62,517 nt of DNA, taken from a virus (taxonomy: Duplodnaviria; Caudoviricetes). This document shows, piece after piece, positions 8,834-17,624 of the stretch; position 1 is the first letter of the stretch, and each line of letters begins with the position of its first letter. A program made the position numbers and the translations under genes. Below the pieces are notes generated by a model. It saw only the letters and a program-made list of their open reading frames with translations, was not told the DNA's origin and ran no database searches. The stretch is from positions 1-62,517 of the IMG/VR virus record IMGVR_UViG_3300044797_000113. One strand, given 5' to 3'.

Positions 8834-9397
8834 ATGCCTGTAATCGTTACCGAAAAACGAGTTAGAGATTGGGAACCCGTTAGAAAGGCTTTTATTGAGG
8901 ACGCTGAACGGCCTACGCATGCTGAGCTTGCGGAGCGGTTCTCGATTCCATTGTCGTCGATTTCCACGATCGCCGCGGATGAGGGGTGGGCTTACCTTCG
9001 GGCACAACGCCTCGAGCTGGAACTGCGCAAGGGTGACGCCGTCGGAACATTGCTCTCCGTCGCAAAAAATGAGTCCATCCTAACAACTCGACTGCGTGAG
9101 TTTGCGGTGGTCGCTCTGCAGGTCTTGACTGTGGAGCTCGCCAAGCTTCCGGATAAGCAGGGCCCTAGGCTTAACGCGGTTCAAACCGCGTCCTTCGCCG
9201 TGCTGAACGTCTGCAACAGCCTGAAGGCGGCCGGCGTCTTTGGGATCCCGAAGGAACTCCGTGAGCGCCTAGCGGGCGAGCCTGGTGGTGAAGGATGGAA
9301 AGGCGCTATGCGTGACCTGAACGTCATGCTCAAGGTGGACGTCGGTGGATCTGGGCCGGTGAAAGTTACGGAAGTTACTGCGACTCCCAAAACGTGA
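8834..9397 (+). CDS. Probable terminase small subunit (N-terminal HTH)
   Basis: DWEPVRKAFI...ELAERFSI...ISTIAADEGW resembles the TerS N-terminal HTH; 187 aa, helical. Confidence 0.6.
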   Translation: MPVIVTEKRVRDWEPVRKAFIEDAERPTHAELAERFSIPLSSISTIAADEGWAYLRAQRLELELRKGDAVGTLLSVAKNESILTTRLREFAVVALQVLTVELAKLPDKQGPRLNAVQTASFAVLNVCNSLKAAGVFGIPKELRERLAGEPGGEGWKGAMRDLNVMLKVDVGGSGPVKVTEVTATPKT

Positions 9398-9409
9398 TTT
9401 TGGGACATT

Positions 9410-9422
9410 TATCAACGACTTA
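9410..9422 (+). promoter_or_regulatory. IHF-binding consensus
   Basis: TATCAACGACTTA is an exact match to WATCAANNNNTTR. Confidence 0.55.
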
Positions 9423-9493
9423 CGAAACGGCTTGGGTTTCAGGCTGATTTGAGACTTTCGTAACCAGTTTAGTTTACGTGTGTTGCGTGCCAT

Positions 9494-9521
9494 TCGTCGC
9501 GCAATAGTTATTATGTTAACC
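9494..9521 (+). other. dif-like XerC/XerD recombination site
   Basis: TCGTCGCGCAA-TAGTTA-TTATGTTAACC in 11-6-11 geometry. The right arm matches the XerD arm TTATGTTAAAT at 9/11; the left arm is degenerate. Confidence 0.6.
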
Positions 9522-9872
9522 TTCTGTAAGTCGTGCGCGTCGGTCGTCGACCCCTGAAAAAACCGGCCTTTCCTTTCGATTTGCGGGGCGATCGCCTACA
9601 GGTGGCTAGTGGAAGTCCTCGCCGGCCCCAGATCGTTTGCCAGCGCTTAACGGGCGGCGGCCGTGCGCCGTCCTGGCGGCGTCTCAACCCCTCCTGCGCT
9701 GATCCAGGTAGGACCCAGGCGCCGGCCGGCGGAGCTCGGTGCGCGTCCCAGCGGCCGTGGTTTCAACTCTCCGCGCGGCTCGGACCCCTGGCCTGGATCA
9801 TCCCAGCGGCGGACCCTATACCACCCCCGCGCCAGGTCCGGACACCCTGGGTGTGGTCTCGGAGATGGCTAC

Positions 9873-10120
9873 AAAATTTTTTCTATTATCGAAAAAATGG
9901 GATAAAATTCCGGGCTGGAAAATGGGACAAAAAACGGGCCAAAAACATGGTCCGATTTTGTGGCTTATTTTTGAGGTGTTTTTTTGACCAAGTTGGCGCC
10001 GGTCGGCGAAGAACTCACGCCACGCGCCAACCCCTAAAGGGGTTTGGCGCTGGCGCGAGTTTTCGGCCACGCCATGTTCGCGCCTGGCGTGAACAGTGGC
10101 GCGAGTTTGGCGCGAACATA
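9873..10120. other. Candidate replication origin (A/T tracts, TGGCG[C/T] iteron-like repeats, hairpin)
   Basis: Serial A- and T-tracts 9873-9985; about ten TGGCGY copies in both orientations 9994-10118; hairpin around CCCCTAAAGGGG 10024-10050; directly downstream of the replication ATPase gene. Confidence 0.55.
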
Positions 10121-10123
10121 CAA

Positions 10124-11797
10124 TTACTCGCTAACTGGTTTATTACCTAACTTATAGGTACCACGCTTCTTACCTTGTCTCAAGTACCCTCCATCAACAG
10201 CCGAAGAAATGAGGCGCTGGAGCGTGCGAAAAGGTATACCTGTTTCCTTCATTGCCTCCGAAATGGCCGAAGTGCTGATTTCGTCGCCAGAAAAGGGCAA
10301 ATTTTCAGCCACAACTTCAATGATTTCTTTGATAGAAAAAAGGCTCTTTTTTCGCTTGCCGGCGACGTCGTCCCGCCAGGCATCCAAATCGAAGTCAAAG
10401 TCGAGGTCGTAGCGAAAAGTTTCAGGGTCGAAGAGGACGCCGCGGGTAGTGAATTTCTGGGTGTTGTTGGCTTTGCCGCAGGCCAGGACGAGGCGGTTGG
10501 GGTCGTCTCGGTCCTGGGGGGCGAGTTGTAATTCGCAACGCACTTTGGAAAACAGAGCCTTGGATCCGCGGCCGAAGTTACCGGCGTTGTAGTTGTCGCC
10601 GGCCTGGGCGACGTTGACCGCACCGGTGCGGGCGTGGTGGATGATCAGGATGGCGGCTTCTGGGCAGGCGGAGGAGGTTAGGCGGCGGAGGGTTTGGAGG
10701 GTCTGGACAAGGTCGGTGGTTTTATTCTCGTCACCATCAACCATATCTGCGAACGGGTCGAAGATGACGAGTCCCGGGGCTGGCCGGGAAGAAAGGGTGG
10801 CGTGGAGCCGGGTGACGGTTTCAGGGATTCCGAGGTTAAGGTCAGCATCGTCCTTGGCGGTGAGGGCTTGGATACGAAGATGGGATTCGAGTTTGGTTTG
10901 GGATGCTGGCGGAAGGTTGGTGTAGAATTTCTCGATGTCGGATTTCCAGCGGCGCAGGCCGTTCTCGGTTGAAAGGATGATGGTGTGCTGTGGGACGGCC
11001 TTAGTGGGGATACCAAGGAACTCACGGCCAATGATTTGGCAGATTGCGAAGTAAAGCGCCAGGCGGGTTTTGCCGAGGCCGCCTATGCCGACAAGGGATG
11101 TCCATTCGCCTTTTTCGATAAACCCGTCGCCAAGGAGGCAGTTGGATGGGTCTGGGGTGTGGGCGATGAATTGGGAAGGGCGCCAAAGGTCGAAGGGTCG
11201 GGATCGGGTAGAGGGAGCCGGCTGGAAGGCGATTCGGGCCCGGTCGATCAGGTCGTCAGGATCCTGGCCTTCGGAGAGGCCGGTGATTAGGGATTGGGCG
11301 GCATGGACGGCGGAGCGGCGACGCTCGAGCGTCTGGAGGGTGGTGATGAGCGACGGGGCCGCAAGGGTGGTTGTGGCCTGGTTGTTGAGCTCGGAGAGCC
11401 TGGTGATCAGGGGTGGTGTGAGGCGACCCTGGGTCTGCAGGTTTGAGGCGACCAGGGACGGGTCGGCTGGCTCGTGGTTGCGGCGCAGGTCCAAGACGGT
11501 CTCAAAGATCAGACGGTTGGAGGGGTCAGTGAAGGCGTGGGGCGAAAGGGAGGTGGCGAGGTCGGCGGTCTGGGGTGTGGCGTCGATCAGGATGCACGAA
11601 AGGAGGGATGATTCGGCGGCTGGGGAGGATAGGCCGACTGACTCGGGGTGGGGTTCGGATGGCGCGTGGACGCCGTTGGAAGGCGGGAGCGAGGCGGCGG
11701 GCGGCTGGGCGCGGGACTGGATCTCGTTGGCGGCCGGTATCGACTCGAACGGGACGTCGGGTTCTTCGGTTGCTGGTTGTTCGGAGTCGGGATTCAT
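10124..11797 (-). CDS. Replication protein: DnaB-like N-terminal domain + AAA_25 (RepA/RecA-family) ATPase
   Basis: AAESSLLSCIL...AFTDPSNRLIFE (DnaB-N); Walker A GIGGLGKT; Walker B LVIFDPF; IIHHAR and FGRGS. Start is ATGA-coupled. Confidence 0.8.
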   Translation of the reverse strand: MNPDSEQPATEEPDVPFESIPAANEIQSRAQPPAASLPPSNGVHAPSEPHPESVGLSSPAAESSLLSCILIDATPQTADLATSLSPHAFTDPSNRLIFETVLDLRRNHEPADPSLVASNLQTQGRLTPPLITRLSELNNQATTTLAAPSLITTLQTLERRRSAVHAAQSLITGLSEGQDPDDLIDRARIAFQPAPSTRSRPFDLWRPSQFIAHTPDPSNCLLGDGFIEKGEWTSLVGIGGLGKTRLALYFAICQIIGREFLGIPTKAVPQHTIILSTENGLRRWKSDIEKFYTNLPPASQTKLESHLRIQALTAKDDADLNLGIPETVTRLHATLSSRPAPGLVIFDPFADMVDGDENKTTDLVQTLQTLRRLTSSACPEAAILIIHHARTGAVNVAQAGDNYNAGNFGRGSKALFSKVRCELQLAPQDRDDPNRLVLACGKANNTQKFTTRGVLFDPETFRYDLDFDFDLDAWRDDVAGKRKKSLFSIKEIIEVVAENLPFSGDEISTSAISEAMKETGIPFRTLQRLISSAVDGGYLRQGKKRGTYKLGNKPVSE

Positions 11798-12147
11798 GGA
11801 ATGGATAGGAGGGCGCGGGCCTCGTCGACGGACCGCACGATGCCTGCAATGCCGCCGGCCCGGAGCACGTTGTCGCGCCAGATGAGTTGTTCGATGGATG
11901 GCCGGCCGCGGGGGCCCTTGACTTCGATCGAAAGAAATCTGGGGCCGTACCAGCCGATAAGGTCCGCGCACCCGGTGGTTAGGCCGGCGTGCAGGGGTCG
12001 GGCGTGACGGAGGATAACTGTGCCATCGGGCGACTTGGAAACGAGCTGGCCCGCCCATCCGGTCCCTGAGTTGCAGCGAAACAGCCGGACTTTGGGGTCG
12101 CGCGTGAGTTCGCGCAGGATGGCGGATTGGATGGCCGCCTCACTCAT
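11794..12147 (-). CDS. VRR-NUC domain nuclease
   Basis: SEAAIQ, LFRCNSG, GCADLIG, IEVK...GRPS.EQ and GGIAGIVRSV. Confidence 0.9.
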   Translation of the reverse strand: MSEAAIQSAILRELTRDPKVRLFRCNSGTGWAGQLVSKSPDGTVILRHARPLHAGLTTGCADLIGWYGPRFLSIEVKGPRGRPSIEQLIWRDNVLRAGGIAGIVRSVDEARALLSIP

Positions 12148-13550
12148 ACCTCAATCTCCTGTTGTTCCGGCGCCTGAACCTTCGGTGTTTTCCTCCACCG
12201 CCGGTGTTTCCACTGGATGTAAGCCCAGGTAGGTTTGTAGCCGCGCTGTTTGCCAATCGCGATCAAGGCTTCAAGGGTTTCGGCCCGGCCGACTTCTTGG
12301 CGGGCTCTCACGCGAGCGACTTCCGCGGCGGTGATTTGCTCAAGTGTTCCGTCGGTCTGGCGGATGTCTCGGGATTCGATGGGGTAGACGTGGCCGCATT
12401 GTGGACAGGCGAGGGCGAATCGGTGAACGCGGTAGCAAGCTGGACACTGGCGGTTTGGAAAAACCTTCTCGGTCTGGCGGCGAGGCTTGGACTGGTCGAG
12501 AGTCCATTCGATCGGTTCCTCGGCAAATCCGTGCCGCATGGTGTTTCCGGCGTGGTCAAGAATTGTGGCCTGGGTTTTGCCGGGTGCTGGCCGAAGGATT
12601 CGGCCGACGTGCTGCCTCCAAAGCGCGAGGGATGCCGTGGGGCGAAGCATGATCCCGACTGAGGCTCCTGGTGCGTCGTAGCCTTCGCCCAAGAGGTCAA
12701 CTGAAACAAGAATCTGGATACATCCTTCGCGGAAGCCGTCGGTCAGGCGGCGGCGTTCCTCGTCGTCCATAGTGCCGTCGATCATCTCCGCGCGGTATCC
12801 ATGCAGCCGAAACTCGTCGGTGACGGCGTGCGCGTGTTTCAGCGATACACAAAACACGAGCGCAGGCTGACCTTCGCATAGGCGCCCGTAATGCTCGATC
12901 GCGTCGCCAGTGATTTTAGGGACGTCCATCGCAAACTCGGATTCCTTCCGGTTGTAGTCGCCGGCAACGATATGGAGTTTGGATGGTCCGGCCGACGGCG
13001 CGTAGTAAACCGGGCGGGCAAGGAACCACTGGTCGATCAGTGATTGAACGGTCGGTCCAAGTATCAGCGAATCGAATACATCTCCAAGGCCGCGGCCGTC
13101 GAGCCGGGACGGGGTGGCTGTGACTCCAAGGCGGGGAACAGCCGGCCAAGCGTCGAAGATGCGCCGGTAGGACTCCGAGGTTGAATGATGCCCCTCGTCG
13201 ACGATCAGGAAATCCGGGGGCTGGATTGCACCGAGCCTGCGCGTGAGCGACTGAACACTGGCGACATGGGTGTGTAGATGCGGCGAGGGTCGATGACCTG
13301 AGAAAATGATTCCGTGCGGAACGTCGAAGGAAGTGAGTGCATTGGAGATTTGCCGAATAAGTTCCTGGCGGTGGACCATGATAACGACCTGGTTGCCTTT
13401 GGCCTGGGCGCCCTGGGCCATGTAGGAGAACGTGACGGTCTTGCCGGATCCTGTGGGAGCCACGTAAAGCGGCGCCCGTTTGCCCGCGCGGAAGGCTTCG
13501 CGGATGGCGGTGACGGCGGAGAGCTGGTAGGGACGGAGTGATATACTCAC
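12144..13550 (-). CDS. SF2 DEAD/DEAH-box helicase with C-terminal Zn ribbon
   Basis: LRPYQ, APTGSGKT, VDEGHH, TATP, EGYD, QHVGRILR and CPAC...CPQC. GTG start overlaps the upstream stop. Confidence 0.92.
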   Translation of the reverse strand: MSISLRPYQLSAVTAIREAFRAGKRAPLYVAPTGSGKTVTFSYMAQGAQAKGNQVVIMVHRQELIRQISNALTSFDVPHGIIFSGHRPSPHLHTHVASVQSLTRRLGAIQPPDFLIVDEGHHSTSESYRRIFDAWPAVPRLGVTATPSRLDGRGLGDVFDSLILGPTVQSLIDQWFLARPVYYAPSAGPSKLHIVAGDYNRKESEFAMDVPKITGDAIEHYGRLCEGQPALVFCVSLKHAHAVTDEFRLHGYRAEMIDGTMDDEERRRLTDGFREGCIQILVSVDLLGEGYDAPGASVGIMLRPTASLALWRQHVGRILRPAPGKTQATILDHAGNTMRHGFAEEPIEWTLDQSKPRRQTEKVFPNRQCPACYRVHRFALACPQCGHVYPIESRDIRQTDGTLEQITAAEVARVRARQEVGRAETLEALIAIGKQRGYKPTWAYIQWKHRRWRKTPKVQAPEQQEIEV

Positions 13551-13849
13551 AGCGTAAAGTAGCGTCGCGCCATTTCGTCGGTCACTTGGATGCATCGGCA
13601 GTTGGGGGGAAGTTTGATCGGGACTGCGACCCCTGTGATAGTGATTCCCATTTTACGCGGAACCGCCGGGCCGACATCGAGCGGGAATCCAACCGTGTCC
13701 TTGCGATGCGCCATTCCCCGAATCCAAAGTTCTAGATTCCCGGTAGGCCGGTTGGTCTCTAAGTCGATCGACGGCGCCGGTTGGATCTGGATAATTCCAA
13801 TTGGTGTCTGGTCGGGATCGTCAGTTTGTGGCAGTAGTGCGAAGTTCAT
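13547..13849 (-). CDS. Hypothetical protein
   Basis: Coupled to the helicase start. Confidence 0.55.
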   Translation of the reverse strand: MNFALLPQTDDPDQTPIGIIQIQPAPSIDLETNRPTGNLELWIRGMAHRKDTVGFPLDVGPAVPRKMGITITGVAVPIKLPPNCRCIQVTDEMARRYFTL

Positions 13850-14030
13850 AAAATCTGGCGGGCGCCGCACGCCCCTCCGGCCAGTAGATGAAAGTCCATC
13901 GCAAGCGACAGCTCACACCCTCGTCGAGACGTGCGGGCCCTTGCCGGAGGCAAAACAGGTAAGATGGCGGAGTCTCGGTGATCGCTACTGGCGGAGCGAT
14001 GCGTTTGTGACGGGACCGTGACGAATGTGT

Positions 14031-14049
14031 GCCTACGCAAAAAGCGCAA
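14031..14049. promoter_or_regulatory. Operator copy GCCTACGCAAAAAGCGCAA
   Basis: Shares 16 identical nt with the reverse complement of the 59568-59586 copy; lies upstream of the helicase operon. Confidence 0.6.
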
Positions 14050-14083
14050 GAAGAAATTGCGCGATCGACGAATTATCGATCAC

Positions 14084-14320
14084 TCAGAGCAAGGATTCCG
14101 CGTCCGCGATCGCGGCCTCGAGCTGTTCACGCTGGTTCCCGACAAGTCCTTTGATGATCTCGATGCGCTTGCTCCGCTCGATCACGAGAACGGAGGTCAG
14201 TCGGATAATCGGAATGAAAGGATCTTGCGTGCCTGGGCAAACGATTTCTCCAGTCACCTCGCATTTCATCGGCGGATTCACGTAGCCCGGAAGAGTCGTG
14301 CTGACGGTCACGGAACGCAT
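14084..14320 (-). CDS. Small hypothetical protein
   Basis: Plausible composition with a coiled-coil end. Confidence 0.45.
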   Translation of the reverse strand: MRSVTVSTTLPGYVNPPMKCEVTGEIVCPGTQDPFIPIIRLTSVLVIERSKRIEIIKGLVGNQREQLEAAIADAESLL

Positions 14321-14333
14321 TTCAGGTTACGGA

Positions 14334-15065
14334 TTATTTTCGCCAGAAGCGAATCCGTGTTCTGGCCGCGCGCAGCCATCGCGCCCAGAAGCCGGCGGTC
14401 GCGGGTTGGGACGGCAAAGAAACAGCGGCGGCAGAGGAAGCGGACGTTTCGTTCAACGGTGCCACAGGCGGGGCATGTAAATGCGACAGGTTCTGCGCCC
14501 CCACGGGGCCCCACGTCACGGGAATCTCCTGCGGTGATGGTGCCGACTGTTGCAACCGTGGCCTCGTCGAGTTTTCGGAGTGCTCTCCGGAGCGGGTCCT
14601 GAATCGTGCGATGGATAGGCGCGGGTCGGACTGGCGGTCCTTCTTGTGATGGGACCGCTTGGGCGCCGGGATCTCTTTGGTTTTCTTTCCAGACAGTTTC
14701 TTTTGCGATTTCGGAGTTGGCATGGGACATGGATGACGGGTTACGAGGTTCCACCAGATTGAGCCGTCTGGATTACGGCGTTCGCTGACCATGATGTCGC
14801 GGTAAGACTGGCCGGTCGCTTCGGCGAAGGCGGATACTGCCGCGTCGCGAACCTGGTTGAATAGGCCGTGCTCCGAGTAGAAGCTGGTGCCTCCATCACT
14901 GTCCGGCTGTTGCTCGGAAGCCTCGGCTGCTTTCTTGGCCGTTGCGCCATCAAACGAAAACCAAAGGCTTATCAAATGCCCGGACGGGATCTGCTGAATC
15001 GCCATCTCGCGCGGTATCTCGGCGACGGAATTGGCTGTCAGTGGACTGAGCGCGGCGGAAGGCAT
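14334..15065 (-). CDS. Hypothetical protein (3' half ambiguous; an overlapping frame has CxxC...CxxC)
   Basis: The N-terminal ~110 aa look globular. The alternative frame 14308..14754 carries FTCPACG...LCRRC. Confidence 0.4.
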   Translation of the reverse strand: MPSAALSPLTANSVAEIPREMAIQQIPSGHLISLWFSFDGATAKKAAEASEQQPDSDGGTSFYSEHGLFNQVRDAAVSAFAEATGQSYRDIMVSERRNPDGSIWWNLVTRHPCPMPTPKSQKKLSGKKTKEIPAPKRSHHKKDRQSDPRLSIARFRTRSGEHSENSTRPRLQQSAPSPQEIPVTWGPVGAQNLSHLHAPPVAPLNETSASSAAAVSLPSQPATAGFWARWLRAARTRIRFWRK

Positions 15066-15144
15066 AAATTGTCCCGACCGCTCCGCGAGACAAACGCCGA
15101 ATAGGCGGCCTGCTTAACGATCGGGTGGCTGTGTTAGAGCCAAC

Positions 15145-15163
15145 GCCTACGCAAATAGCGTAA
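15145..15163. promoter_or_regulatory. Operator copy GCCTACGCAAATAGCGTAA
   Basis: Intergenic; core identical to the 24075-24093 palindrome. Confidence 0.65.
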
Positions 15164-15189
15164 GCCGGCAAAAGAACGCAAGAGGAAAA

Positions 15190-15372
15190 TCAGTAGACCG
15201 CCCCGCCAGCGTTTCCGCCGATGCGATTCAGCCTGGGGTTTTTCTTGCGAGCGAGGGGCCCTGCCTTGCGTCCTGCCGATGCGAGGATCGCGCCAGCCGC
15301 CTTCTTGGAGACGCCTTCCTTCTTCTGGATGCCTGCTGCGACCTTGGCAAATCCTGGATGCTTCGAAGCCAT
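15190..15372 (-). CDS. Small Lys/Ala-rich basic phage protein
   Basis: MASKHPGFAKVAAGIQKKEGVSKKAAGAILA...KKNPRL; starts 1 nt after the TerL stop. Confidence 0.7.
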   Translation of the reverse strand: MASKHPGFAKVAAGIQKKEGVSKKAAGAILASAGRKAGPLARKKNPRLNRIGGNAGGAVY

Positions 15373-15373
15373 G

Positions 15374-17380
15374 TCAATCCTTTTGGGAGAACGCCGTCAC
15401 TTCGTCAAATCCTTTTATGTCGCTGCTTCCCAAGCTCTGCATCTCCAGCCCGAATCCGCCCTCCCGCGGCGGTTCGTCGCCTTTCTCGGTGTCCTTAGCG
15501 CGCGGCATCAGGTTCGCGGTCCCAAGCCTTGCCAGATGCACGACGCCTGTTACAGCGTCCGCCAAGTCAGGCGACGGGTTTCCGGTCCTGGACTTGTAGA
15601 CCTCCTTGGATTCGACGACCAGTTTCTTGGCCTTCCCCGTAGGTCGGCTCCCGCGGCGGCTTCCGAGCTCCTGAAATGTCTTCGGGTCCACCATCCGGCC
15701 AATCCCAATGATGTCGAACTCGCACAGTTTTCCGAACGCGTACCAGACCTCGGTCGCGATGCCGTCGTACATGTCGCACGGAAGCTGGCTGTCCTCCTCG
15801 GCAATTCTGGTGGACGTCGCGGACTTTCCGAAATGGATCCCGTAGGTCGGCGCAAAGTTGTCCCGGGTGTCGAATCCCTCCGTGGTTTCCAACTCGTCCA
15901 GGTCCGCCATGTTGAACGCGCCTACTTTCTGTTTCCACTGCCGGCGCACGATGTCGTGGGGTCCGGCGCCAAGACCGGTCATGTCGTCGCCGTAGTGGTG
16001 GGGTTTGATCGAAAGGTTTTTGTTCCGCTCCAGGACTTCATCGGCGAGCGACTGCGTGTCTCCGCGCTCCATGACGGCAGCTAGGTCGATCTGAATTTTC
16101 ATCGCCGGCTGGTCCAGCTTGTGTTCCTCACCATCGTATCCGCGCCAAGCGATTGCCCGGCCGGACCTCGCCACGCCGTAGGTCGGGCGGTCCCCGGTGA
16201 ACGCGTAGTCCGAGAAAGCAAACGTCTCCGTGGGCCCGTCGAAAATCCACTCGCGCTCCGAGCGTTGAAGATCCTTCAGGGCCACGATCGCCCGGGACGT
16301 TCCCTGCGGCGGGAATTTCCCGTAGACGTAGGTGTACATGTCCGGGTGCTCGGGGTCGCCGGAACACGCCTCCAGCCAATTCTTCACGCCCTCATGGGTG
16401 ACAAAGCCCGGGAAGATAACCCTCCGGGCGACGACATTCTCGTGAACCATCGCATTCAGGCTCACAACCCACCAACCGCGTTCAGAGCGCCATGCCTCGT
16501 CAGCCATGCTGATCGAGTCCCATCCTTTGATCGGTTTGCAGTTCTGGCCGAATGGAGAGTACGGGTCTTTGGGATTTGCGCAGACGATGAATTTGATGTG
16601 CTCAACGTCGCCTTCCATCACGGTCGAAAATCGGTTTGGTATCTCCGAGAACACGTTCTGGGCGACTTCCTGGCCCTCGTCGATAAGCGCCCGGACGCGC
16701 GACCGGGTTCCGAACATCGGATGCTCGGGCCGGGGTTTCGTGTGAACGCCTCGGATTTTGCCCTTCGACTGCGGACCGCCGGGAATCGTCAGTAGGAAAA
16801 TCCCCATGCCGCGTTTCTTGTCGAGCGAGATGGATTCGGCGTCGACGACGCCCGGGAGCGGCAAGACTGACTCAGAGTGCAGCCGAACCATGTCGGCATA
16901 GAGGTTTTTCTTCAGGTGGTCTTCGGTGTTTGACGAAATCTGCACGCGGGTCCACTCGGGGTCCAATACCCAGTCAAGTAATAGCCAGGCGCTTGGACTA
17001 AAGGTTTTTCCCAGCCCGCCGCCGCCAATGAAAACCATCATCCTTTCCGTGAAAAGCGAGTTCCACATTGACTGGACTCCGTGCGGCTCCGGCGTGAACA
17101 CGTCCTTCCCCCAAAGCATCAGCGCCGCGGACACGTAGTCGCGCCTGCCGAGGTGGTAATACAGGCAGGTCATCATCATCCCCACGAGGTCGCCGGTAGA
17201 CTGCAGTGGTTTCCCGTTCCGCGTCCTGGCGAACGCATGCCGGAATCCCTGATCCTCAAGTGCCGCGGAGGCTGCCGCCTCGATCGCCGGCGCGGATCCC
17301 GACTCCTTGAACTCGGCGAGTTTCGAATTGATCCTGCGAAGCCTCGAAAGGCTGGTCGCGTCAGGCATGAGCAGTGGCAC
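15374..17380 (-). CDS. terL: Terminase large subunit
   Basis: Walker A GGGGLGKT, Walker B ALIDEGQ, coupling motif CANP, YGKFP, and nuclease DYAFTGD...SPDLADA. Confidence 0.88.
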   Translation of the reverse strand: MPLLMPDATSLSRLRRINSKLAEFKESGSAPAIEAAASAALEDQGFRHAFARTRNGKPLQSTGDLVGMMMTCLYYHLGRRDYVSAALMLWGKDVFTPEPHGVQSMWNSLFTERMMVFIGGGGLGKTFSPSAWLLLDWVLDPEWTRVQISSNTEDHLKKNLYADMVRLHSESVLPLPGVVDAESISLDKKRGMGIFLLTIPGGPQSKGKIRGVHTKPRPEHPMFGTRSRVRALIDEGQEVAQNVFSEIPNRFSTVMEGDVEHIKFIVCANPKDPYSPFGQNCKPIKGWDSISMADEAWRSERGWWVVSLNAMVHENVVARRVIFPGFVTHEGVKNWLEACSGDPEHPDMYTYVYGKFPPQGTSRAIVALKDLQRSEREWIFDGPTETFAFSDYAFTGDRPTYGVARSGRAIAWRGYDGEEHKLDQPAMKIQIDLAAVMERGDTQSLADEVLERNKNLSIKPHHYGDDMTGLGAGPHDIVRRQWKQKVGAFNMADLDELETTEGFDTRDNFAPTYGIHFGKSATSTRIAEEDSQLPCDMYDGIATEVWYAFGKLCEFDIIGIGRMVDPKTFQELGSRRGSRPTGKAKKLVVESKEVYKSRTGNPSPDLADAVTGVVHLARLGTANLMPRAKDTEKGDEPPREGGFGLEMQSLGSSDIKGFDEVTAFSQKD

Positions 17381-17441
17381 GGTTGCTGGGCCTACAACTC
17401 TTTCGGCTTGCTGTCAAAGCCGGTTGCGGTCAGGTGAGGCC

Positions 17442-17624
17442 ATGCCTATTGTCGGTGGACCCATCCCGCAGGCGAACATCTTCAGCCGGCCGCTTGCGCC
17501 GAAGAACCCGGCAGCGGTTGCTGGCGCCAAGGCTTCGGCAATCACAGCGCCCGGCCAAGGGGTTCAGCAGTTTTCGCGGGACAAGAGCAGGCTGTTTGCT
17601 TCCAAGAAGCGGAGGAAATCGTGA
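17442..17624 (+). CDS. Small basic hypothetical protein
   Basis: MPIVGGPI...KKRRKS; stop overlaps the next GTG. Confidence 0.5.
   Translation: MPIVGGPIPQANIFSRPLAPKNPAAVAGAKASAITAPGQGVQQFSRDKSRLFASKKRRKS

Noticed and set aside
9533-10150. ORFs in the TerS-replication gap
   Set aside because: Translations are not protein-like, and the region is better explained by cis sites.
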